Of a stretch of DNA of 64,000 nt, positions 27,919-40,900 are shown in pieces (positions within the stretch are counted from its first letter, which is position 1; each line of letters starts with the position of its first letter). A model generated the notes under the pieces. The model did no database searches, had not been told where the DNA came from, and worked only from the letters and a program-made list of their open reading frames with translations. Source of the DNA: Mytilus trossulus (Eukaryota); contig NC_086382.1 in assembly GCF_036588685.1 (NCBI RefSeq), positions 44,144,001 to 44,208,000 on the forward strand. The letters run 5' to 3'. Position numbers and translations under genes: made by a program.

Positions 27919-30900
27919 TAGGCGAGTGATATGAGAGCCAAATTTACATTTTTAATGCACCTATCTAACACACGGCTAAATTATATATCATTGGAAAGCT
28001 AAGAATGTGTACTTTCTAAATATCCCGTTCGTCAAAAGAAATTATGGTGCATTTTTTTTAAATCGAGGTCAAAGGTCATGGGTGCAATTTCAATTCTCGG
28101 ATACTTCCAGTGGAAAAATCGAGTCAAAACAAATGCAAAAACAAAACAATTTTATGGAAATGCTGTATTACTGTTGGGAAAATATATTTCTATCATAATA
28201 TTAATTAATTTTGGTTGATTTTAACGGTAACGCATTTTACGTAACGTTTTCTCTCGGAGTCTTTGAAAATCAATCATTAAGTACCACGAATGTATCTATA
28301 GTCACCCTTGCATCATCTAAATCTTATAATTCCTCCATATCATTTGATTACACGTATTTACAAACATATATCTTTAAATTTGATATAAATATTCCGAAAT
28401 AAAATATTTGAAGCAAGGGGAAAATATAACATATGACGTATTTTTAATTGGTTAGAAAAGTCCCATGATGAGCTGTACAATAAAATTGAGGAAGCGAATG
28501 GTCTCCTGTTAGTTTGAAAGACTGCCAACTGCTTCAAGATGAGACAACAATAGGGCAGATTTCTTTTTATTATTGTAGTGCAATATGTTGAGTCTGGATC
28601 ATACCGCAATTCCATTTACATCACTAACTCAAATATGATAAGAGTACTAACTAACATTACTAAAATGAGTAAAGTGCTACTAGTATATTTATATCAACAA
28701 ATTGACAATTTTAACATAAAACATCACAAGGAAAATATGATTAATCATTGTACGTCAAACTGTGTTTGATTTTACTTTAGTCGGCCGCCGTGTATCTTGA
28801 GATATCTAGTTAATCAAACAACACTTGACAAAAGTAGTTTGTACTTTTTTAAAATTACGCTAGTGATGACGTTCGGCTACTTTGGCACTAAGTATTACTT
28901 TTTTGTATCTTGTTTCACCGCTTCAAAAGGGAGAACAAGGTTATCCTAATACTGAACCTTTTATTTGGCTTTCTTGTGTTAAAATTCCGTTAGCGTGTAA
29001 CCTAAATGATCGAAACGTCGGACCAATGAGATGTTCGACCATTTAGGTGTATGGAATATTGCGATATCGGAATATTATAGCTTTATTTTATCTTGTAATC
29101 TGATCATTCTTATCGGTCAACATGTCCATACAAAGACAACTTCCTTGGCATGGCAATGATATTGTTTGCCTTTATTAGTGGAGAATAAAGGCTTTTCCCC
29201 CTGAATAAGAAACCCAATTTGGAAAAAAAAAGGCTTAAAATTATTCCCAAAAAGACAACTTTTTTCCAAAACAGAGCAGTCTCAGTAGTTATTGTGCATG
29301 AATTCAAACTAAAAAACACTCACTTATACATTTTTCATGCCTAAAATGACTGTATGTGCAGATATGAGGATCTAGCTATGTATCATTACTGACAAAAAGG
29401 AGTTTCATTCCAAAGTAGGACGTGACTCTTGAAAGGGGGTCTGTAAATCGAAGTTTCAGTCAAATTCATGGTTTATTTGATGAAAATTGCGCATATTTTT
29501 CCTAAAAAAAGGGTAGAGGTAGTTTTGAAAAAAGTCAACAATATCACTGTATGGGTATATATCAGTACAGCAGAGGGTTTGCTTAAAGCGGACATAAGAT
29601 CTACTATATACAGATTGAAATAAAAATTGGGAAATGAACATGAAGGATTTGTCAAAGAGACACCAACCCGTTCAAAAAGCAGGCAACGACCGAAGACCAC
29701 CAAATGGGTCATCAATGCAGCAAGAAACTTCAAAACCTGGAGGAGTTCTTCAGCTGGCCCCTAAACAAAAATGTACTAGTTTGAAATGATAATGAACGTC
29801 ATACTAAGCTTCGAAATATACTCAAGAAGTTAAAATAAAAAATCTTCCAAAACTAAGAAAGGCCAGAGGCTTCTGACTTGGGACAGGCGCAAAATTGTGT
29901 CGGGGTTAAACATGTTTTGGGAAATCTCAAACCTCCCCCTATACCTATACCAATGCGTGAACAGATCAAATCTTGCAGAAAATTGGATGACATCATACCG
30001 GACCGATGTTGCCTTTTAGCCAACCAAAGTCATACGGAGAACTTATTGTTTCTGTTGTTAGGTCGACATTGTCTTGGATAAAACTTGTACCCCAGAAGAA
30101 AAACAATGCCATGTAGAATGTATGCCCCATTTTCAATTTTTCTAATCTCCTGATCAGTCAAACTTGTTTAATAATTATCAAAGGTGTGTCCATAAATACG
30201 GTGCATTTGTAATGATAAACATAAATGAACTAGAGTAAAAAAAAATTAAAGATTATATACATTCTACTAAAGCCATACATCTAAGAACTTTGTCAATAGG
30301 AATAATGTACGCTTTATTGACTGCCGCAGATGTGCCATCATCCAAAGACAATACAGAAATATTTTTAAAGCAGGTGTCATAATTTCAATTGAATAATCCA
30401 GTGAAATGTTTTTAGATAATGGATATTCATCTGATTGATTACAACTTTACCCTCTATCTGCTTCTGTAAAATACTAGTAGCTGCATAAAGTGCTTACAAC
30501 AAGTTTCGCAGTCATTGCTCAGATCTTTAAAATTGACAGAATATATATCACAGTCATTTTAAACGGGTAGTTTTCCGTCATTACGGCATAAGACAACATT
30601 ATAGAGATACTGTATACAATACTGGATTTACCTTGGTCTTGTTGAGGCTGTTTACATATAACTATAAATTAACATTTTATAGGTTTTGTTGAAGCTGATA
30701 ATATGTTGTGTAGTTTTCTCGGCGGCGATCCTCGAGCAGAAATTAAGCCCGGTTAACTGATCAAGTAATCAGTAAAGTTGTAAACCAGAATACTTCCTTG
30801 TATACATGCACGTCGTCTTTAATCGTCGAAATGTAAGTAAAAGCTGTTTTATGCTCAGAATTAAATAGCTCTTTACTTTCTGATTTCAAATTGTGTAGCA

Positions 30901-32277
30901 AATATTTAGCGATGCAAGCTCGATGGTATAAAGATTTAATCTTAAAATTATCATGAGTTATTTTGTAAGTCAGATCATTGTAGGAGATATATGTAGTAAC
31001 ACTCAATACTAGTTTGCTCCTCAGAGGATACCTTATGAAGTTGTGTAACTTGCTTATAGTCTTTATACAATTGCAAAATATACAAACAGAAAAATCAGAA
31101 TAAGTTGTAGATCTACTGCCCTCGTTGGTATATGAGAAGAGACTGGTCGTTAGAATTGGTACATGTAGTACAAAGTCTTTGTACAGACAAAACTTACTTT
31201 TGAAATATTTATAGCAACTCTTATGATATTTTGAATTTTCAAATGGGATGTTTTCATTTTTTTTAAATTCATCGACCAGTCTTCTGTAAATTTCATCTTT
31301 TCGTTTTCCCACTGCGGCAATACAACTGTATCTTCGTTTAAGTGTTTAACTGCATATTTTCTCTGTAGTAAATATATGACAGACTATGTATCTGTGTCAA
31401 TTAATGGATCGTTTTTGCTTTTTAGCATAGGAAGGGTTTGATTGTGAACTGGACAGTGAAAATTTGACACGACTCGGAAGATTTTCGACAATTTTCCGAT
31501 ACGATTCCTTATTTAGAAAGGGGTGAATTCTACAGAACTCAAAAACTATGTTTTACTTTGATTTGATCTTAATTTCGGACGATTTTATATCTATTTAAGC
31601 TACAATGAAGTTAAAGATAAAAATATAACCGTTTAAATATGATTTATCGTACTCTAATAGCACTATTAGGACACGGAAATCGACTAATATATTCAGTAAA
31701 AAACCGACAACGAAATAGATAAGGGATTCCGGAAACGATGGTGATTTTACCCAACATCATAAAATTACAGAAATTCGTGATTTTAAGAAATGTTGAGATA
31801 AAGTCTTAATCTTGAATGAAAAAACGATAACTGATGAGTAATTTGGTGTGTTCTAAAACGGATAGAGTGCAAAAGCATTTAATAAAAAAATAATTGTAGA
31901 TCCGAAAAGATCAGGATTATGAAAATTTTTGTACAAAATGTCAAATATTTAGAAGGAATGCAAAAGCATGCGGACTTACAGTTGTAAATATTGTTTTACA
32001 TTATTTTAAGAATCTAATTTACTTAATTATTCTGTCTAAAAGAAGAGATACTACTAATTTCTTTTGCTTGAAAAATATGTCGTTATGTCAAAATTTTCAA
32101 CTAATTTCTGAAATAAACATCAATTTTACAAAAACTGCACCGTACGATTTTGTGACGACCGGGCAAAAATCAAAGTTAAATCATTATTCTTTTATTTAAA
32201 GCAGAAATTAGCCGTGTGTTAGGTGGGTGCATTAAAGTCCTTAACTAGACGTCTTTTTCAAATATTACACTCGACTA
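27919..32277 (-). mobile_element. Academ-like DNA transposon (degenerate) nested in the Ngaro element
   Basis: Termini TAGGCGAGTG.../...CACTCGACTA, subterminal inverted match (ttaatgcacc.a.ctaacacacggctaa), 3-bp TSD TTA; ORF remnant 30761-31312 with YHKSCY, CIFC and YHRAC motifs. Confidence 0.72.
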
Positions 32278-33997
32278 TTAATTATACCAGACATTCCTAA
32301 TATGAACTTTCATATGATCATTTCGAAACTGGAATAGACTTTCAAATAAACAATTCGGTAGTTGATAGTACAGAAAAGTTTACCCGGGCTTTAAATTGTT
32401 AAACAGTTTCAGGAAAGATTTAGGTCTTGCCAAAGTATGGCTTTCGTCCTTGCTGGACTTGTTGCTCTTACTGCATATATGTTAAATTAGTACACATCGA
32501 TCAGGCTTGATTAGGCTTAAGCATTTACAATAAGCTAATTGATTATGAAGACTTTACTTAAAATTAAAAGTAAGCGATGGTTTTGAGCGTTCAAGGTTGC
32601 TTCAGATGGACACTAGGCTGACTTTTTAAGAGGGATATTGCATCGTGTTTTGTCAATATTATCCGGTATATGAAGTTCTGCATACAAAGCTAGGCTATTA
32701 CAGGCTGTTTTGTCCTTGGCTTGACGTGGTCTTTTTATGCACGGTTGGGGAGTTGAAATGTTCAAAATATGAGCAATGCATGTTCTAAAAATCATGCTTT
32801 AAACAAGAATGATGTCAAAATTTACAAGAAATATGTAGAAATTCAATTGGTTTCATCTAAGACCGATCAGTTTGGTAGAGGGTTAACTATACACATTCCT
32901 GCGCAATTAGACAAAGGTATTTGTCCAGTGGCTTTTATTGCATTGCTATTTGCCAGATAGACTTGTAGTAGGTGGCCCGCTATTTTGTCTTTTGATGGTT
33001 AGCTAGTTTGACTAAATACCAATGTTCTACAATACTCAAAATATCTATACATGCTTTAGGTATAAATATTCTCGTTGTTCGTCGAACTCATTCACCATAG
33101 GTATGGACCTATAATGGTTTAATTTTATAAATTGTGACTTGGTGGAGATTTGTCTCAATGGCACTCATACCACATCTTCCTATATCTATATGTGGATATA
33201 GCTTGTATCTTTACATATACGAATTCCCATTTAATTGCGCGTGTGTTGCTGATTCTCCTATAAGGGTTTGGATTGTTAGGTCGTCAATTATTAAGAATGT
33301 GATTTTGGAACGAGCTAATTTGGCTTTGAAAAGGTCGGGAGTGAAAATTTGATGTTAGGTTTGTTTTTACCGATGGTTAACTATCTCTAACTATCTCTAA
33401 GGTGAAAAATCGCATTAAAATAATGCGAAGATTTGAAGATCCTCCCAGCTTTATTATAGTGCACATTGGGAATTGATATAGATTTAAAAATATCAAACTA
33501 GGTTACTTTCATCATTTGCTTGTTCATTTATGTCAAGGTTATATATTGATTTGCCTGATACAACTTTGATTTGGTCTCAAGTTTTATTGCCAAGACTGCA
33601 ATGACGGTCTTCAAACAATGGGAATTGTAATGTATGGACAAGTGCAGGCGTAGGTTAAACAGTTCCATTGTTGTCAACATGACAAAGCATGGATGTTACA
33701 TTTGATATCCTTACATAAAAACTTAACACGAGGCTCTAGCAGAAGATGGGGTGTATTTAACAAAGAGAAGAACATTTTTTTCTGAACTTAATACAGGGAG
33801 CCCTATAAACAACAATTTCTAGTAAGACGGGTAGCATTACTTTTTCAGACGACTATTCCATGCTTTGAATTTTTATAGTTGACTCGTTGTCAGTAACAAA
33901 TGCCTATATATGATCTTAGTGAACAATTAAACGAAACAACGGCGTTATTGGGCTGTTTTATAAATAATACAAATAGTTGCTTGTTAATTTATAATTT

Positions 33998-35623
33998 ACT
34001 AGAACACACCCGCGAAATCGCGGGCATCCAGAGCGTATTTGAAAGGATGTAAAGTGTTGTAGGAAGAATTTTGTAAAAGATTTAATGACTTTTTTAACCC
34101 TCCTCCTTTATTTCCAAAATTCCCATTTTTTGTTTACTATTAATTTCATCATGAACATACATTTAGTGTACATGTATTATGAACATTCCAGTCAGGAGCC
34201 TGTATTTCAGTGGTTCAGTGATATTTGTTTTTCGTTCATTTTTTGTACATTAATAAGGCTGTTAGTTTTCTCATTTTAATTGTTTAACATTGTCATTTCG
34301 GGGCTTTTGCTTATTGCTGAAGGCCGCAAGGTGACCTTTAAATGTTCATTTCGGTGTCATTTTGGTCTCTTGTGGAGAGCTGTCTCATTGGCATTCATAC
34401 CACCTCTTCTTTTTTTTTGTAAAACATTTAGTGACTTGAGAATTTCAGAAAAGATATCAAAAGTCATAGGTAACTTTGGACAGGATAATTGTTTTTCTAG
34501 CCCGGTTCGTCCTTTTTCCACAAAAAAAACCTTTTTTTTTGTTTGTTCTCTATTAATTTTAATGACACATGAATAATGTTAGCGATTATCTGTATATTAT
34601 GAACATTCATTACAGGGAGGGGGTCGGTGCAGAGGCGGATTATTAGGGCTGCCCCCCTTTTCTGGAAAAGAATTGGTTGCTTATATAGGGAATCACTGAA
34701 GCATGACCGGAGCGGGCCCCTCTTAGGCAGTCATCGGGCCCCTGCGTATGAAAATTTCTGGATCAGCCACTGCGGAGGGGCCCTGATCCCAATATCCTGG
34801 GCTTAAAAACATGAAAGCCCGAGGTTCTGAATTTATTATACAAATTAAATATCTCAACATCCCGAAATTCGAAAAATGAAATCCCGGATCCCGAAATGGT
34901 CAATCCTGAAATTTCGATCTTAAAAACACCCGTTCCAGACGTCCCGAAAGTGTATTTTCTTTTTACAGTCAATTCTCAGTTTAATAATTGATCCACAGCA
35001 GTGATTGGTATATTATTCAGACCGAAATTCGAAAAAAGAAATCCTGGATCCCGAAATGGTCAATCTTGAAATTTCGATCTTAAAAACACCCGTTTCAGAC
35101 GTCCCGAAAGTGTATTTTCTTTTAACAGTCAATTTTCAGTTTAATAATTGATCCACAGCGGTCATTGGTATATTATTCAGACCCTCTCTATTAAATAAAC
35201 CCTGTGACTGCCGTGGATAGTTAACTTGAAAATGATATCAGACAGAAAATACACTTTATTCGTAGTATATATATTTGTTTCAAAGTAAAAAGAAAAACGC
35301 AAACCGGAGGTCTAATCTGACTTAAATTTCGTCCAATGACGGATATAAGACAGAAAATACACTGTATTCGTAGTATTAATGTATGTCCAAACGCAAACCG
35401 GAAGTCTAATCTGACTTAAAATTTCACCCAATGACGGAAACATATCCGGACGTCTTTTTTCTCGTTTTTCACCCAAAATAACTCAATCTGAATAATCATA
35501 TGAATGGATGACAAATGCGATTATGCACTGTACCCATAGGACACAGAGGCATGATGATTAATTTATTGTGGAAAGAAGAGAAGCGACTCCAAAAATGAGG
35601 TCTTCTCGTTTAATAGTATAGAT
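33998..35623 (+). mobile_element. Helentron/Helitron-like non-autonomous element with nested repeats, including a ~161-bp tandem duplication (34862-35183)
   Basis: 5' actagaacacacccgcgaaatcgcggg hairpin; 3' gagaagcgac..gtcttctc hairpin followed by gtttaatagtatagat. Confidence 0.5.
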
Positions 35624-37508
35624 ACCATATAATGGCATATTCATTTATCAGAAAATTATTTTAATCAAATTTTGCTTGAAATGGCACAGCTATGCGCAGC
35701 TCCCCCCAATTTTATTGGCGGTTGACGGTTCTGTGAAAATTTTAACTGTAGGCTAAAATTGTCGCAGCACCGCCAATTTGGCAGATTTTGCTGCGCTTAG
35801 ATAACATATTTGCAGTTTACAAACTTATTGTAATCGTATGATAGCATTAGCCTCTGATTTCCAGGGTTAATAGCTTATCTTAAACTTCCCCTTTTCATAT
35901 ATTGTCTGCCACCTCAAACATATTCGGCGATCATCATTTAACATTTTCAAAGACACATATGCATTTTTATCAGTTAATTTTAGTTCATAGATCTACATGT
36001 ATCACACATTACATTTTATATAATAGTTCTTATATCATATCACAAAGTGCATTTCATATAATAGTACATATATCATATCTGTTAATAAATGCTGTGGCCA
36101 TTTCCTGCCAATAAAAATCTTGTTATTTTTTTATGAGCATCTAAGATAATAGGATTTTAAATCTAAATTTTAAATCAGTTATCGGTAGTGCTCATACACC
36201 TGTCCGTCGTTATACTACTTCGTCAAGTAATAGTATTTGGTTTCTAGTTGGATTATCGATCTTTGCAAGTGATTGATTTACCCATAATCCTCCTTTTGAC
36301 GTCGACATTTAGGAAAAGCAGACTCATTTTTATCCATAGAATTATCTTCTAAAACCCGCCCACCCTCCCTTAAATTAGTAGAATGCAATTCATACGGAAG
36401 ATATTGTGTTTGGTTTTGTTTGTTTATTTCAGAATTGTATTGTCTACATCGATTAACCATCACTCAATGTGGAAAGATGTACAAAAGTTTTAATGACGAG
36501 ACGGTCATTCCAGAAAATGGACGAATCCTGGACGAGGATTGGACTTACATGCATATAGAAATTGAATGAATAACCTGGAAAGAAATTTAATTTATTACAT
36601 TCAAACATGTAAACTTTGCGTTGGTAGCGATAATTTCTGATATCCAGGGTTAGTCGCTTGATTTATGGCAGATTTCGCTGCGCTTAGATAACATATTTGC
36701 AGTTTACAGACTTATTGTAATCGTATGATAGCATTAGCCTCTGATTTCCAGGGTTAATAGCTTATCTTAAACTTCCCATTTCATATATGGTCTGCCACCT
36801 CAAACATATTCGGCGATCATCATTTAACATTTTCAAAGACACATATGCATTTTTATCAGTTAATTTTAGTTCATAGATCTACATGTATCACACATTGCAT
36901 TTTATATAATAGTTCTTATATCATATCACAAAGTGCATTTCATATAATAGTACATATATCATATCTGTTAATAAATGCTGTGGCCATTTCCTGCCAATAA
37001 AAATCTTGTTATTTTTTTATGAGCATCTAAGATAATAAGTTATAAATTTCATGGGAAGGAAATGATGTTCACCAAAACCAAACTATTTGACCAAAAGGTA
37101 ACGACCTCGGAAGTTGTCTATTGTATCCATGGTTTTGTTTTAGCGATTCCATACTAACTATCAATCTGAGAACAAATTATGAAGATCGATGTTAGCAACT
37201 GCAGGTCAACGTACGTCTTTTAACAAAGAGAAACAGCCTTACCGCATAGCAAGCTATGAGAAGTCCTGACATGATAAAAATGAAATACAAACGGAAACGA
37301 GCAAGGACTGTTTCAGCATGTAATTGTAAAAAGAATAAAAAAAAAACAAATATGATATACAGCAACAAAAATCAACCACTGAGTTACAGGCTCCTGTCTA
37401 ATGACAGACACATACCGGGTTTATATATGTGTGCCGATGCACTTTTTCCTGTGACATTAGTTGTTTCATTTATTCTTTTTATTTATACATGTTCCTACTC
37501 TTCAAAAA

Positions 37509-37960
37509 TTATCGCAATGTCTTTCTCCAAGAGTCTACTAATTTTTCAAACTTCTCTTTGAAAGTTGGAAACTGACGATGATTTGTGTCATTAACATATT
37601 TTAAATGTATAATTGGGGATAATTCCACTGATATTTTTTCTTCATTCACTTGCAATGGGATTATTCTTTTTGCTTTCTGAGGATCTTCCAGTGACTGAAT
37701 GACATTTATATCTTTCCCATAACCTGCAACTGTATCTGAATCAAGGCTTTTAGTTTGATAGATAAAAACTAGTCTGCATGAGTCTAAGATAGAACTTAGT
37801 CCAGGCAGGAGTTGACTTCCAGGTTCAAACAAATCTTCCGGTAGTGCAACTTGTAGATTTGATATATTTGTAAAATTATTCATTAAGAATGTTTTACACT
37901 TAGTTGCTTCATTCTGGTCTTTTTTCCCGTGTAATAATAAAATGTCATAGCGAAAGATAT
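37509..37960 (-). CDS. Gene B terminal exon: TIR domain (TICAM-like)
   Basis: Acceptor tttatcgttgcag|AT; YDILLLHGKKDQNEA, BB-loop LFEPG, SCRLVFIYQT, KRIIPL. Confidence 0.88.
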
Positions 37961-40900
37961 CTGCAACGATAAAATAAACTTGTTCTATCATAAATAGATA
38001 ACTAGTCCGACAAGTCATAAAAAATCTCAGTAGTATTCTAAAATCGGTCATCAGATCGTAAGCATCTCTAATTCAATTTAAGTCGAAAGCATACGATCTT
38101 GAGATATAGTTTTTAAATATACAGTAAAACCTGTGTAAACCGGCTGGCTACGGGTATATGAAAAAGCAGATGGTTTGGACAGTGGGCTGGTTTATTCAGG
38201 GTTTCTTGTTGACCGGAAGTTAATGACACGCGACGTCCAATATACTGCATGTGAAAGTTTTGTCTGATCATTAATTATAAACTGATAAATATTTCGTATG
38301 ATTGTTGTTTTAAATCGGCTTATTCCATTGGCTATAGAAATTGCTTCTCGAATTCATGAAATAATAGTTTAGCCGTTTGTTACACATCCTCATCTGCCAA
38401 ATAGACCTTGGTAGCATCAGTACTCCACTAGTCAGTTACAACGTATTTACACTTTTGTTATTGAGCTATATATTGCCTCAAAATAACCTTAGATTTACTC
38501 TGAATCATCTTTTGACGTCAGGCAACTATCACTTTTTATTTGTGTCGTCAAATGTTTTTTTTTTTAATTATGATGTAAAAGTTTACGGGATTCTGTGTAA
38601 TTTTACGTCATTACGTATATACGTCTTCGATTGTTCGTCATTAAGTGGGTCACTGGTTTAGGGATTCAAAACAGGGAACCCAGGATTTCGAAAACACGGC
38701 ATCAATTTCTTACTTCGCGATTTGGAAAAAAAATATCCAAGTTACAACGCAAAATCTTTCCGAGATATTTTCGGCGTGTCTGTAACTTTGATTTACACTT
38801 GTAAAGAGTTTTAACAAAACAGCTAACCACTGTACCCTTGTCAGTTCACGGTTTAAGACCTGGTATATAGATTTTCCTTAAAACCCATCTTGTATAAACC
38901 AATATGTTTTGTTGCATATCTATCAATACTGTTATCATTTTTTAAATTAATTAGACAAACCTATTTTGACCGGCAATAATTGATGCTATAAAGAGTATAA
39001 TGACCACACAGTTAGACCACATACCCAGGGGCCGGTTTACAAAGGGTATTCTAACATAGACTATCTAGGGAAAAACAAGGGATCTTAGTTTTCGACTGGA
39101 ATGGACAGATAACCGGTTTATTTAGGGTCCGGTTTACTCAGATTTGACTGTACATAACTTTTCTTGATAGAGGGTTGTTGCTCACTAAGAAGCTTTTTTG
39201 AAAAGTGAGTGTTCCAAATGGTGAAGTTGAAATCATCTCTTCGTAAATTTTACGGACGCCATAACGAGTTGGTTAACCGTAATGGAATAACAGTTTCCCA
39301 AATGATATCGGATATGTTCCTAACGTCATGACTACAATCCCCTTCCCTTTCATAAATGTGACCTACCGAATTAGACTATTTGCCGGATTTGTTATCTCAT
39401 GAACAACACGAAGGATGCCACGTGAGGAGCAGGATCTGCTTACCCTTCCGGAGCACCTGCGATCACCCCTAGTTTTTGGTGGGGTTCGTGTTGTTTATTC
39501 TTAGTTTTCTATGCTGTGTCATGTGTACTATTGTTTGACTGTTTGTCCTTTTCAATTTTAGCGTTGTCATTTTATTTTCGATTTATGAGTTTGACTGTCC
39601 CTCTGGTATCTTTCGTACCTCTTTAATAAATATAAAACGAATGAAAATAAATCAAACACAAAAAAATTGTAAAAAAATAAATATATATCGGAGTGTAAGT
39701 TCAAATAATAAAGGGGATATCATTTTAGAAATTATCTTAACTGTGCCCTGGTTCAAAGATTGAAATTAGGAGGTGGATTAAAAGGACATATAATAAAATA
39801 TTTGTTGATCTTTGGTATATTTTGATTCATTGATTCATCAAGCCAAGATATATGACAATCAAGGTCGTTCCCTAGTGAATATCATATGTATGGGGTTGGT
39901 TACAAACTCATCAAAAGTCAAAATTGAGAAATTAACGTGGTTATTTTACTCCATTGACGTCATACAATAAGCAGTAAAATCACCTGGATACTTTGTAGAA
40001 AATGTAAAAACAATTTTAAAATTATTAACAAAGGTACCAGGATTATAATTTAGTCCGCCAGACGAGCGTTTCGTCTACATAAGCGTTTCGTCTACATAAT
40101 AAGATTAACGGTACCAGTTTTCTTGCAACAGATGCGCATTTCGACAATACATGTCTCTTCAGTGATGCTCGTTGCCAAAATATTTGAAATCCAAAGCTTA
40201 TATAAAAGATAAAGAGCTATAATCCAAAAGGTTCAAAAAGTATAGCCAAATCCGTGAAAGGAATCAGAGCTTTGCAAGAGGGAGATACATTCCTTAATTT
40301 ATAATAATTTCTATCATTTGGTAACAGCAAATTTTAATAACACAAAAAAATCCGTATTTTCATGCCAGTACCGAAGTACTGGCTACTGGGCTGGTGATAC
40401 CCTCGGGGACTAATAGTCCACCAGCAGAGGCATCGACCCAGTGGTAGTAATAAGATTAACGGTACCAATTTTCTTGCAACAGATGCGCATTTCGACAATA
40501 CATGTCTCTTCAGTGATGCTCGTTGCCAAAATATTTGAAATCCAAAGCTTATATAAAAGATAAAGAGCTATAATCCAAAAGGTCCAAAAAGTATAGCCAA
40601 ATCCGTGAAAGGAATCAGAGCTTTGCAAGAGGGAGATACATTCCTTAATTCATAATAATTTCTATCATTTGGTAACAGCAAATTTTAATAACACAAAAAA
40701 ATCCGTATTTTCATGCCAGTACCGAAGTACTGGCTACTGGGCTGGTGATACCCTCGGGGACTAATAGTCCACCAGCAGAGGCATCGACCCAGTGGTAGTA
40801 ATAAGATTAACGGTACCAATTTTCTAATGCATAAGACGCATCAGTGACGCTTATATCAAAATATTTATAAAGCCAAACAAGTACGAAGTTGAAGAGCAAT

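Larger units (their letters stand above)
25131..37036 (+). mobile_element. Decayed Ngaro-type (DIRS order) tyrosine-recombinase retrotransposon with split direct repeats
   Basis: Repeats in A1-internal-B1-A2-B2 order: A1 ~25131-25316, A2 ~36168-36354, B1 ~35779-36150, B2 ~36666-37036. Remnants in order: gag-like with Cys/His finger (CYAFNYQGSC..C.YTH.C..C...HP, ~26920-27120), RNase H (INKQISKS...YIPGSSNAGADSLS, 27730-27918), YR (SKTDQFGRG...ICPV, ~32770-33110), SGNH-like RVWIV.SSII (~33260 onward). Confidence 0.82.

Noticed and set aside
37961-38051. Hydrophobic N-terminal part of the 180-aa TIR ORF as a TM segment
   Set aside because: Intronic read-through upstream of a good acceptor at 37961; the real anchor is the 52116-52200 exon.
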